Assembly: GCA_018396815.1 (NCBI GenBank)
Contig: JAGTQY010000003.1
Coordinates: 69,481 to 133,480 of the forward strand
DNA length: 64,000 bases
DNA from: Candidatus Bathyarchaeota archaeon
GTDB lineage: Archaea; Thermoproteota; Bathyarchaeia; 40CM-2-53-6; DTDX01
Direction of reading: 5' to 3'
How positions within the stretch are numbered: position 1 is the stretch's first letter; every line of letters begins with the position of its first letter. The position numbers and the translations under genes were made by a program. A model generated the notes under the pieces. The model had not been told where the DNA came from and ran no database searches. It was given only the letters and a program-made list of their open reading frames with translations. Of this stretch, positions 1-8,336 are shown piece by piece.

Positions 1-693
1 CTTTCTGAAGATTACTTAGCTATAACTCTTTTAGCTATAAGTGAAGTTACATACTTAGTTTTATACTATAATGTAGATATTATAGGTGGATACTATGGTG
101 TTTCTATTCCAGATGTGTTAGCTTTTATTCCTGGTACCAAAAGAATTTTCGTTTTTACAGGTATATTAATTTTAATAGTGTTTGGATGCTACATTTTTAT
201 TGAGAAGCTTCTTAATTCACCTTATGGTAGAGTTCTTAAAGCTATGAGGGAAAATGAATTAGTGGCTAAAGCTTATGGAAAAAACGTTATGATGCTTAGG
301 GTTAAAACAGTAGCTTTAGGATCTTCAATAGCTTCTTTAGCAGGGGCACTTTACTCTTTTTACTCAGTTAATGTTATAACTACAAGCTTTAGTAGAGTTG
401 AGTGGACGTTTTACCCAATTTTAATGCTTATTTTAGGTGGAGCTGGAAACAATGTTGGGGCTCTTTTAGGGGCTTTCACATTTGTATTAACTAAAGTTTT
501 ATTAATAACTTATAAATTTGAAATCACTTCTATTTTACATCTTCCATTTCAAGCTGTATGGTTAGAATATATATTGTTTGGTGTAGTTATGCTTTTAATC
601 CTTCTTTTTAAACCTGAAGGATTAATTAAGGAAAAACCTGTATTCACTAAAGCTGTAAAAAAAGTTGTTAAAACTAAACAAAAACAAAAATAA
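1..693 (+). CDS. Branched-chain amino acid ABC transporter permease (LivM-like). C-terminal part only; the gene starts before the window.
   Basis: The reading frame is open from base 1 with no upstream stop. The product is polytopic and hydrophobic with glycine-rich LivM-like segments (GGAGNNVGALLGA) and a basic C-terminal tail. Confidence 0.55.
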   Translation, partial: LSEDYLAITLLAISEVTYLVLYYNVDIIGGYYGVSIPDVLAFIPGTKRIFVFTGILILIVFGCYIFIEKLLNSPYGRVLKAMRENELVAKAYGKNVMMLRVKTVALGSSIASLAGALYSFYSVNVITTSFSRVEWTFYPILMLILGGAGNNVGALLGAFTFVLTKVLLITYKFEITSILHLPFQAVWLEYILFGVVMLLILLFKPEGLIKEKPVFTKAVKKVVKTKQKQK

Positions 694-1050
694 ATTTAAA
701 TTTTCATAAAAAGTAAAATTTCATCAAAACCCATTAAGTATAATTTTGATCCATAAGTTTCTGTTTACTCTTTACGATTTAAAATACTATTTCTTCAAGC
801 GCTTAATTGAATAATCCTTCTCAAGATCAAATATAAACTGAGTTTTCTTAATAATAATTTATTTTTCGTTTTACTAATGTTTTACCTTTAAGGCAATAGC
901 TTTTTTACTTGTTTAAATTAACTATACATAGGAATAACTGTGTTTAGAACCATTTAACTGAAAAAAATTTTGAATTTATTTCTTCTAAGCCATTTTCTTT
1001 GAAACCTTTCAAGTTGAACTCTGTTTACTCTTTTTAAAAAGCAAGCTTTT
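645..1050. repeat. Copy A of a roughly 400-bp duplicated segment (3' end of the LivM-like gene plus a cupin gene). The cupin part is degraded here.
   Basis: Collinear nucleotide similarity to 2185..2585. Examples: taaagctgtaaaaaaagttgttaaaactaaacaaaaa against taaagctgtaaaaaagttgttgaaactaagcaaaaa; tttcttcaagcgcttaattgaat against tttcttcaagcgctttaactgaat; tacctttaaggca and cataggaat are shared, with a constant offset of about 1525 nt. Confidence 0.6.
705..1050 (-). pseudogene. Cupin-domain gene relic, a decayed paralogue of the intact cupin gene at 2224..2583.
   Basis: The reverse-strand translation gives recognisable but stop-interrupted remnants of the cupin protein. LNGSKHSYSYV* aligns to LVKMAPGAVIPMHSH, and SIKRLKK* aligns to HSVKALEET. 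No intact ORF remains. Confidence 0.45.
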
Positions 1051-1079
1051 TAACTTCCATAAATCACTACAATATTCTT

Positions 1080-1982
1080 TTATGCTAATTGTTTAGTATG
1101 TTCCATCCTCATTTTTTTATGAATTTTAATTAATCTCTTCAGTATTTCAGATTTTAACTCGCTATATTCATAATTCTTTGTATTCACTACAATTTTTACT
1201 AAATAATATTCTTTATCACTTTGCTCATCTATTTTTACACTTAAAACTGGCATATCTTTAAGTGATTCATTAATTTTCATTAAAACTGTTTCTGGATCAT
1301 ATATTATTGGGAACTCATATCTAACATTAAAAATATAATCTTGATCTTTTATATATTCTACAACGCCAGAGTTTGTAGCTAAAATAGTGTTTGGAATTTT
1401 TATTATTTGTCCTTCTTCACTTATTATTTTAGTATAAAAAAGACTTACTTCAAGGACTGTGCCCATGTAACCTGCATATACAAAATCATAAGAGAAATAC
1501 TTGTAGGCAGGTAAATTAGCAATTTGAAATGGAATGTTTGATGTTAATATTCTTATTCGGCTTCCAGGTTTAACCATTCCTGTTAAAAGCATTAATATAC
1601 CTGAGAAAAAATTGCTAAGAATAGGTTGTACAGCTAAACCTATTATTAAACCGCTGAATGTTGCTCCTGCAAGCCAAGCCTCCGGTAATGAAGTAACATA
1701 GGCTACTGTAGTTGTTATAGAAATAATATACCCGATTATTGAAATGCTGTTTCCTATAATTAAAGCCTGCTCTTTAAGCTTTAATTTAAGATATTCAATA
1801 ATTAATAAAGATATTTGACGTGTTATAATAATACCGCCAATTAAAATAATTGCTGCATAAACATATTTAAAATATTCAATATATTTAGCGGTTATTACTA
1901 ATTCTCTTTTTAATACTGTGACTAAAACTGCTGCGAATATTATTAAACTTAATGTAGTAACAATTTTAATAATGGGCTTCAT
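1080..1982 (-). CDS. Small-conductance mechanosensitive channel (MscS family).
   Basis: 300 aa. Three or four N-terminal transmembrane helices are followed by a beta-rich cytoplasmic domain, the typical MscS architecture. The gene lies between the two duplicated segments. Confidence 0.5.
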   Translation of the reverse strand: MKPIIKIVTTLSLIIFAAVLVTVLKRELVITAKYIEYFKYVYAAIILIGGIIITRQISLLIIEYLKLKLKEQALIIGNSISIIGYIISITTTVAYVTSLPEAWLAGATFSGLIIGLAVQPILSNFFSGILMLLTGMVKPGSRIRILTSNIPFQIANLPAYKYFSYDFVYAGYMGTVLEVSLFYTKIISEEGQIIKIPNTILATNSGVVEYIKDQDYIFNVRYEFPIIYDPETVLMKINESLKDMPVLSVKIDEQSDKEYYLVKIVVNTKNYEYSELKSEILKRLIKIHKKMRMEHTKQLA

Positions 1983-2184
1983 AAATATAACCTTACTACC
2001 TTAACCTTTTTACTCATTAAAACGTTGTGCGCGCATCATAACTTCACTAATGTAATCGATTAACCGCTTTATTTTCAGTATAAAGTTTAACTTATTTTGC
2101 TTCATTTAAAGCTTACTGTAAACATATAGATTTAAAACATTTAATTCCATTAATTAAGATTATTTTTAATAAAAACCTGCATCT

Positions 2185-2585
2185 ATTAAAGCTGTAAAAA
2201 AGTTGTTGAAACTAAGCAAAAATTTATTGATTACAATTTTGTTCCGCGGTTTTTTGTTTTTTTGAATAATCTTCACGTGGAGGTGAAAACACATCTAAAA
2301 ATATTGTTTCTTCAAGCGCTTTAACTGAATGTTCTTCTTTAGGCTCAAATTTATAAGCTGAATTCTCTTCAATAATTAATTCTTTTTCTTTAGTTTTAAT
2401 TAATGCTTTACCTTTAAGGCATATTCCCATTTGTTCATTTATATGGCTGTGCATAGGAATTACTGCTCCTGGAGCCATTTTAACTAGAAGGAATTGAATT
2501 TTATCGCTTTCTAAAACGATTTTTCCTAAAACATCTTGAGTTAAAACCCATTCTACTCCTTCAAAAAGTTTTTTCGCTTGCATGA
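2185..2585. repeat. Copy B of the duplicated segment. The LivM-tail part is a non-coding relic here and the cupin gene is intact.
   Basis: See copy A. Positions 2188..2228 match the last roughly 40 nt of the LivM-like CDS (36 of 38 identical) but lie outside any ORF. Confidence 0.6.
2224..2583 (-). CDS. Cupin-domain protein.
   Basis: 119 aa with the cupin His/Glu metal-ligand pattern (MHSHINEQ ... H). Confidence 0.6.
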   Translation of the reverse strand: MQAKKLFEGVEWVLTQDVLGKIVLESDKIQFLLVKMAPGAVIPMHSHINEQMGICLKGKALIKTKEKELIIEENSAYKFEPKEEHSVKALEETIFLDVFSPPREDYSKKQKTAEQNCNQ

Positions 2586-2646
2586 TAAGAAATTTAAGAG
2601 TTTAAATAGATAAGTTTATATAACAGTGTTATAAAACATATTATAG

Positions 2647-3066
2647 GTGAAGAAAATGCCTAAACTCTCAATAATAATCTCCTCGGAAAAATTGGATAAA
2701 ATTTATCCAGCAGCGATTTTAGCTAGCACTGCAGCAGCTATGGATTGGGAAGCTGAATTATTTTTCACATTCTGGGGTTTACTCGCCTTAAAAAAAGGTT
2801 ATGAACCGTCTGAAGTCAGCTTAGATTACGCGCAATATAAAGATGCTTTAGGTAAAGCAATAGAGCAAGGCTCAATACCTAAATGGAAAAACTTGATTAA
2901 AGAAGCTAAGGAAAAAGGAAAAGTGAAAGTTTACGCTTGCTCAACAACAATGGGCGTCTTCAATATTAAAAAAGAAGATTTAGAAGATTTTGTTGATAAC
3001 ATTCTTGGAGCAGCTTCCTTTCTATCTAAAGCTAAAGATTCTCAAGCAACATTGTTTATTTCATGA
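2647..3066 (+). CDS. DsrE/DsrF-like sulfur-relay protein.
   Basis: 139 aa with the DsrE/DsrF fold signature, including a Cys in the VYACSTTM context. It sits directly upstream of TusA. Confidence 0.55.
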   Translation: MKKMPKLSIIISSEKLDKIYPAAILASTAAAMDWEAELFFTFWGLLALKKGYEPSEVSLDYAQYKDALGKAIEQGSIPKWKNLIKEAKEKGKVKVYACSTTMGVFNIKKEDLEDFVDNILGAASFLSKAKDSQATLFIS

Positions 3067-3082
3067 AGGAGGAATAAACAAA

Positions 3083-3310
3083 ATGAATGAAGTAATAACT
3101 GTTGATGCTAGATATAAATCATGTCCAGGCCCATTAATAGCTATAAGCGAAGCTGTTAAAAATGCTAAACCAAAACAAATAATTAAGCTTTTAGCTACCG
3201 ATCCAGCTGCACCCTTTGATATTAAAGCTTGGAGTGAAAGCGTTGGTCACAAGCTTTTAAAAGCTTCAAAAAGAAATGGTATATATGAAATTGAAATTGA
3301 AGTAAGGTAG
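3083..3310 (+). CDS. tusA: TusA-like sulfurtransferase.
   Basis: The CPGP motif (YKSCPGPL) sits in a protein of about 75 aa. A GAAGGAGG Shine-Dalgarno lies 7 nt upstream of the ATG at 3083. The ORF-track start at 2990 is an out-of-context extension. Confidence 0.7.
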   Translation: MNEVITVDARYKSCPGPLIAISEAVKNAKPKQIIKLLATDPAAPFDIKAWSESVGHKLLKASKRNGIYEIEIEVR

Positions 3311-3342
3311 GTGAAACAAATATTACTGAAGCCGTTAAAAGC

Positions 3343-4533
3343 GTGAAAAAACTTATAAAAACTCATGGAAAACCTAAAAAAGAAGTTTATTTTGATTCTG
3401 AAAACTCAGGCTTAATCTTTCCTGAAGCTCTTAAAGAGCTTATAAAAGCTTATAGGAAAACTGGTTATGGGAATCCTGCTATAACGCATAAAATCGGTTG
3501 GGAATCTTATGAAAAACTTTATAAAGCAACAGAAAAATTATCAAAAATCTTAAATGTTTCACAAAACGAGTTAACTTATACGCATAACGCTACAGAAGCT
3601 AACAATTTAGCTATTATAGGCGCTGCAAAAGCTAATAAAACTGAGAAGAAAAAAATTATAGTTTCAAGCATAGAACATTTAAGCGTCATATTTGCAGCTG
3701 AAGAGCTTCAGAAACATGGTTATAAAATTGTTAAGGTTCCAGTTGATAAAGAAGGCTTCGTAAATAAAGAATTTATTAATAAAGAGGTTGATAAAGAAAC
3801 CTTTTTAGTAAGCATAGCTCCAATAAATCATGAAATAGGCGTTATTCAAGATTTAAAGGAGATTAGCGAATTAATTAAGGATAAAAACCCTAATACGCTT
3901 TTTCATGTTGATGCAAGTGATGCTTTTGGAAGAATTAAATTAAACCTTGATAAAATTGATTTAGCAAGCTTTAGCAGCCATAAAATTTATGGTCCAAAAG
4001 GTGCAGGTCTCTTATATACTAAAGAAGGTGTAAAGCTTGAACCAATAATTCACGGCCAGTTAACTGCCCAAAAACTATGGCCTAGCGTAGAAAACATTCC
4101 AGCTATAGCAGGATTTGCTAAAGCAGCTGAGTTAATTCATTTAACAGATATGAATAAAATTTCTCGATTAAGAGATAAATTGATAGAAGGAATTTTAAAT
4201 GAAGTTGATCAAAGCATGCTTAATGGTCCTAAAGGATTTAAAAGAGCTCCAGACAATGTTAATATATCTTTCCTTAATATTGAAGGAGAAGCTGTAACTG
4301 TTGAGTTAAGTATGAGGGGGGTTTATGTCTCAAGTGGAAGCGCTTGCACAAGCAGAATTCTTCAGCCAAGCCATGTTCTTTTAGCTATAGGAAGAAGATA
4401 TGAGGAAGCGCATGGAAGCATACTCATGAGGATAACGCCTTTCCATAATGAGGAGGATATTGAATATTCATTAAACCAAATTTATGAAGGAGTAAAAAGG
4501 CTTCAGTTAATAAGCCCTATTAAAGGAGGTTAA
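3343..4533 (+). CDS. Cysteine desulfurase (class V aminotransferase, IscS/NifS-like).
   Basis: The PLP-lysine motif SSHKIYGPKGAGLLY and the active-site loop SSGSACTS are both present. The start is GTG. Confidence 0.8.
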   Translation: MKKLIKTHGKPKKEVYFDSENSGLIFPEALKELIKAYRKTGYGNPAITHKIGWESYEKLYKATEKLSKILNVSQNELTYTHNATEANNLAIIGAAKANKTEKKKIIVSSIEHLSVIFAAEELQKHGYKIVKVPVDKEGFVNKEFINKEVDKETFLVSIAPINHEIGVIQDLKEISELIKDKNPNTLFHVDASDAFGRIKLNLDKIDLASFSSHKIYGPKGAGLLYTKEGVKLEPIIHGQLTAQKLWPSVENIPAIAGFAKAAELIHLTDMNKISRLRDKLIEGILNEVDQSMLNGPKGFKRAPDNVNISFLNIEGEAVTVELSMRGVYVSSGSACTSRILQPSHVLLAIGRRYEEAHGSILMRITPFHNEEDIEYSLNQIYEGVKRLQLISPIKGG

Positions 4534-4536
4534 AGA

Positions 4537-5028
4537 ATGACGAATAGAATTCCCTTACCCTATAACCCTAAAGTTTTAGAGCTTTTTAAAAACCCTAAAA
4601 ATTTAGGAAAAATTAACGATGCTAACGCTCAAGCTACAGCTGGAAGCTTAGCTTGCGGAGATATGATCTCTATTTACCTTAAAATAGTTGATGAAAAAAT
4701 TGTTGAAGCAAGCTTTGAAAGCTATGGTTGCGCAGCTAATATAGCTGCAGCAAGCATAATGACTGAAATGGTTAAAGAGAAAACTCTTAAAGAAGCATGG
4801 CAAATCTCTTGGAGGCAAATTTCAGATGCTCTCGGCGGTTTACCAGCAGTTAAATATCATTGCGGAGTTTTAGCTATAGGCGCTTTAAGAAGAGCTATAC
4901 GAGCATATTTTAAAAATAAAATAAAGCCTGATTGGCTTCCTGAAGAACCAACTTCAGATGAAAAACATGCTCTTGAAGAAGAAAAGTTAATGGAAATTTT
5001 ATCAAAAAGAATTGAAAAAACTCAATAG
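4537..5028 (+). CDS. iscU: Fe-S cluster scaffold protein (IscU/NifU-like).
   Basis: Conserved Cys ligands (GSLACGD, GCAANIAAAS, HCGVLA). A GGAGG Shine-Dalgarno precedes the start, which lies 4 nt after the desulfurase stop. Confidence 0.75.
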   Translation: MTNRIPLPYNPKVLELFKNPKNLGKINDANAQATAGSLACGDMISIYLKIVDEKIVEASFESYGCAANIAAASIMTEMVKEKTLKEAWQISWRQISDALGGLPAVKYHCGVLAIGALRRAIRAYFKNKIKPDWLPEEPTSDEKHALEEEKLMEILSKRIEKTQ

Positions 5029-5040
5029 TAAAAAGCTTTA

Positions 5041-5300
5041 CTGAAGTTAAAGAGGTAAAGCTTTTAGCTGAAACGATAGTTTTAGTTGCTCTCTCAAGTA
5101 TTCTCCACTTAATTAGAAAATATATACTTTACCTCAAGGCGGTTCAATAACAGCCGGCTCTATGATACCTATTTTTCTCCTAGCTTTAAGAAGAGGAATA
5201 AAAATAGGTGTTCTTAGCAGTTTAGCTTTTGGGCTTATAGTATTAATTGAGGAACCTTTTATTTATCATCCAGTTCAAGGCGCTTTACTCCGCTATATAT
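5041..5300 (+). pseudogene. Frame-disrupted fragment of a YuaJ/ThiT-type membrane transporter (ECF S-component-like).
   Basis: Two frames joined by a single shift read EVKEVKLLAETIVLVALSSILHLIRKYILY then LPQGGSITAGSMIPIFLLALRRGIKIGVLSSLAFGLIVLIEE. The LPQGGS motif is typical of the YuaJ family. There is no start codon and the total length is only about 90 aa. Confidence 0.35.
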
Positions 5301-5524
5301 AACGGGAGTTATTTAATTGTAGAATTCATATAATTATTTATTTTTATTTATTTTCTTTTAAAAAGAAAAATTTAACTATTCTTTAATAATGAAGAGTCTC
5401 TTTAGGTCTCGAAATATTAAATGCTTTCAAAACTTAGGTGTTAGCAAGACAGAGTTATAAATTTTTATTACTAATCATACGCATTTAAAGGGAGATTTAT
5501 AAGAGGCAAAAGTTTTTAAATAAT

Positions 5525-5965
5525 ATGATTAAATCCTTATATATAATGGGTATAAATAATCTTGGTGAATATTTAAAAAAGCTTACTTATGAGCATATAA
5601 TATTTTATAAAAGAGTTGAAGAGTTAGAAAATTTATTAGAAACGAATCCCTTAAACGCTATTGAGGTCTCCACGCATTTTTTAGAGAACGTTGTTTTTCC
5701 GCACATGGTAAAAGAAGAAAAAACAGTAATTCCAGTAATTCCTAATAAAGCGGGGGAAAGAGAAAAAATTTTAATAGAAGAGTTGAGTAAAGAGCATGAG
5801 GAAATGGAAAAGCTTTATGAAAGCTTTAGAAAAAGCTTATCTAATGGTAAAATTACCGATGCAGCTGCTCAACTAAAGAAGATTTTAACGCTTCTTAAGC
5901 TTCATTCGAAGAAAGAGGAATCTTTATTCGAATTTATTTTGAAAAGATACCTAGAAGAGAAGTGA
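5525..5965 (+). CDS. Hemerythrin-like (HHE cation-binding) domain protein.
   Basis: Repeated H..E and E..H spacing (EHIIFYKRVEELE, HMVKEE, EHEEME, HSKKEE). Confidence 0.4.
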   Translation: MIKSLYIMGINNLGEYLKKLTYEHIIFYKRVEELENLLETNPLNAIEVSTHFLENVVFPHMVKEEKTVIPVIPNKAGEREKILIEELSKEHEEMEKLYESFRKSLSNGKITDAAAQLKKILTLLKLHSKKEESLFEFILKRYLEEK

Positions 5966-7332
5966 GTTTAACCTCTATGGAAGAAAGAAGAGTTGCGTTA
6001 TTCATTGTTTCTTTAGGATCTTTTTTAACGCCTTTTATGGCTTCATCTATTAATGTAGCAATTCCATTAATTGAAAAAGATTTTTCAGTGAAAGCTGCTT
6101 TATTAACTTGGATTGCTTCATCTTATCTTTTGTCAGCAGCTATATTTCTTATTCCCTTCGGTAAAATAGCTGATATTTATGGACGAAAAAAGATTTTTAA
6201 ACTTGGTGTAATAATTTACATTAGCGCTTCTGTTTTTTCTGGTTTTTCTCCTTCCTTCTTGTTTTTTATTTTTTCTCGAATTTTACAAGGGTTAGGTGGC
6301 GCAATAATTTTAAGCGCAAGCGTTGCGATTTTAACATCGATGTTTCCAGTTGGAGAAAGGGGTGAAGCTTTAGGGCTTAATGTAGCAGCAGTTTATTTAG
6401 GGCTTTCACTTGGTCCATTTATAGGCGGGTTTTTAACGCAAAATTTAGGTTGGAGAAGCTTATTTATTTTAAACATTCCTTTAGGCATGTTAATAATTCT
6501 TCTTGCTCATTTAAAATTAAAGAGAGAATTGTGTGAAGCTGAAAAAGGAAAATTTGATTTAATCGGCTTCTTAATTTACAGCTTTATGCTCGCGATTACT
6601 TTATGCGGATTCTCTTTTTTGCCAAAGCTTATAGGATCCTTAATGATTTTAACCGGTTTTTTAGGTTTTTTAGCGTTTGTTAAATGGGAAAATAGAGTTG
6701 AGAATCCTATATTAAACATAAACCTTTTTAAAGAGAATAAAGTGTTTACCTTTTCTAACTTAGCTGCATTGATTAATTACAGCGCAACTTTTGCTGTAAG
6801 CTTTCTTTTAAGCATTTATCTTCAGCATATAAAGGGTTTTAATCCTCAAAACGCAGGTGTAATTTTATCTTCTCAACCTATTGTTCAAGCTTTGTTTTCT
6901 CCAGCTGCTGGCAAGCTTTCAGACATAATTGAGCCTAGAGTAATCGCTTCAATAGGCATGGCGTTAACTTTTATAACTCTTTTATCATTTTCATTTTTAA
7001 GCGATTCATCCAGCTTAATCTTTATTTTAATTAGCTTAATTGTTTTAGGGTTAAGCTTCGCTCTTTTTTCTTCTCCAAACACGAATGCTGTAATGAGCTC
7101 TATTAAAGAAAAATTTTATGGAGTAGCTTCAGCAACTCTTGCAACAATGAGGTTAATCGGTCAATCGTTAAGCATGGGGATTTCTGGAGTAGTTTTCGCA
7201 ATTTATATAGGTGAATCTGAAGTTACAATTGAGCATCATTCAGTTTTATTGAAAGCTATAAAAACGCTTTTTATAATTTTCGCTTTTTTATGCTTTATTG
7301 GAATATTTGCATCTCTTAAAAGAGGTAAATAA
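5962..7332 (+). CDS. Major facilitator superfamily (MFS) transporter.
   Basis: About 12 transmembrane helices. The MFS loop motif GKIADIYGRKKIF (G-x-x-D-R/K-x-G-R-K/R) is present. Confidence 0.7.
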   Translation: MSLTSMEERRVALFIVSLGSFLTPFMASSINVAIPLIEKDFSVKAALLTWIASSYLLSAAIFLIPFGKIADIYGRKKIFKLGVIIYISASVFSGFSPSFLFFIFSRILQGLGGAIILSASVAILTSMFPVGERGEALGLNVAAVYLGLSLGPFIGGFLTQNLGWRSLFILNIPLGMLIILLAHLKLKRELCEAEKGKFDLIGFLIYSFMLAITLCGFSFLPKLIGSLMILTGFLGFLAFVKWENRVENPILNINLFKENKVFTFSNLAALINYSATFAVSFLLSIYLQHIKGFNPQNAGVILSSQPIVQALFSPAAGKLSDIIEPRVIASIGMALTFITLLSFSFLSDSSSLIFILISLIVLGLSFALFSSPNTNAVMSSIKEKFYGVASATLATMRLIGQSLSMGISGVVFAIYIGESEVTIEHHSVLLKAIKTLFIIFAFLCFIGIFASLKRGK

Positions 7333-7348
7333 TATATAATATAAGCAT

Positions 7349-7867
7349 TTACTTTATTAAAATTAACCCAAATCTATAAAACTTTTGATTTTTATCTTTA
7401 AGAATTTTAATTGAAAAACCTGCGTTTTTAGCTGTTTCAAAAACATTTATTCCACAAGCCTCCATTGATGGTCTAGTTAACAAAGGGTTTTTGCATTGCT
7501 TAACGTCAAGCAAGCATTTTTCGCAGTATGGGCAATGTCCTCCTCCAAACCCAAAAGCTTTATAATAACCTTGAAGAAAAAGCTCTCTTTCAAGCTTATT
7601 AATAACATCATAAAGTTTAATTTTATTATCTGAAAACCTAAAAATTAATGCAATTTTATATTCTTTAAGCAAAGCTTTAGTTTCCTTAGGCGTAGGCGTA
7701 TAAGGTGGGCAATTTAACCATTTACCGTAATCAGGGCATCCATATCGGCATTTCCAATTAACCCAATTTTCAACAATTATTTTCGATGTTTTAATAAGTT
7801 TAGCTTCTGAAACTCCAAACTTTAAAGCTAATGCTTTTATTTTTTCAGTTTCACTATCTCTCTTCAT
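7349..7867 (-). CDS. DUF2284 metal-binding protein.
   Basis: Cys-rich (CRYGCPDYGKWLNCPPY, HCPYCEKC). Confidence 0.45.
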   Translation of the reverse strand: MKRDSETEKIKALALKFGVSEAKLIKTSKIIVENWVNWKCRYGCPDYGKWLNCPPYTPTPKETKALLKEYKIALIFRFSDNKIKLYDVINKLERELFLQGYYKAFGFGGGHCPYCEKCLLDVKQCKNPLLTRPSMEACGINVFETAKNAGFSIKILKDKNQKFYRFGLILIK

Positions 7868-8324
7868 TTTCTTCTCTTAAAGATTTACTATTTATAAAGC
7901 TTAAAAGATCTTTTTTAGGAATTATTTCATAAGCTTTCTTTAAAATCTCTTTTTCACCATTATACGATAAAGATTTAAGAGCTTCATTAAAAGTGAACCA
8001 TCCATAAGTATCATGTTCTTCTCCAATTTTAGTTTCAACTTGATCAGTTTCAAAAAGATAAAAATGAACAGTTTTATTTATTTTATTTTTTCTAAACCAA
8101 AATTGATAGTTAATTGACCCTATTTTACTAATTAATTTTAAATTTTTTATTCCAGTTTCTTCTGCAACTTCTCTTTTAGCAGCTTCTAATTCGCTTTCAC
8201 CTTTCTCTATAATTCCTTTTGGTAAACACCAAATCTTCTTCTCCTTAAATCCTAAAAGAAAAAATAAAATTTTATCTTTCTCTCTTCTAAAAACTACTCC
8301 ACCAGCAGAAACTTGAGTAATCAA
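7854..8324 (-). CDS. NUDIX hydrolase.
   Basis: Nudix box Gx5Ex7REVxEExGI (GIIEKGESELEAAKREVAEETGI). Confidence 0.75.
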   Translation of the reverse strand: MITQVSAGGVVFRREKDKILFFLLGFKEKKIWCLPKGIIEKGESELEAAKREVAEETGIKNLKLISKIGSINYQFWFRKNKINKTVHFYLFETDQVETKIGEEHDTYGWFTFNEALKSLSYNGEKEILKKAYEIIPKKDLLSFINSKSLREENEER

Positions 8325-8336
8325 TTAAAACTTCAC

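Noticed and set aside
2990-3310. ORF-track start for the TusA-like gene at 2990, which overlaps the DsrE-like gene.
   Set aside because: The upstream 31 codons have no Shine-Dalgarno and overlap the preceding gene in another frame. An ATG at 3083 with GAAGGAGG 7 nt upstream gives a canonical 75-aa TusA.
6885-7082. 65-aa ORF antisense to the MFS transporter gene.
   Set aside because: Shadow frame within a 12-transmembrane transporter.
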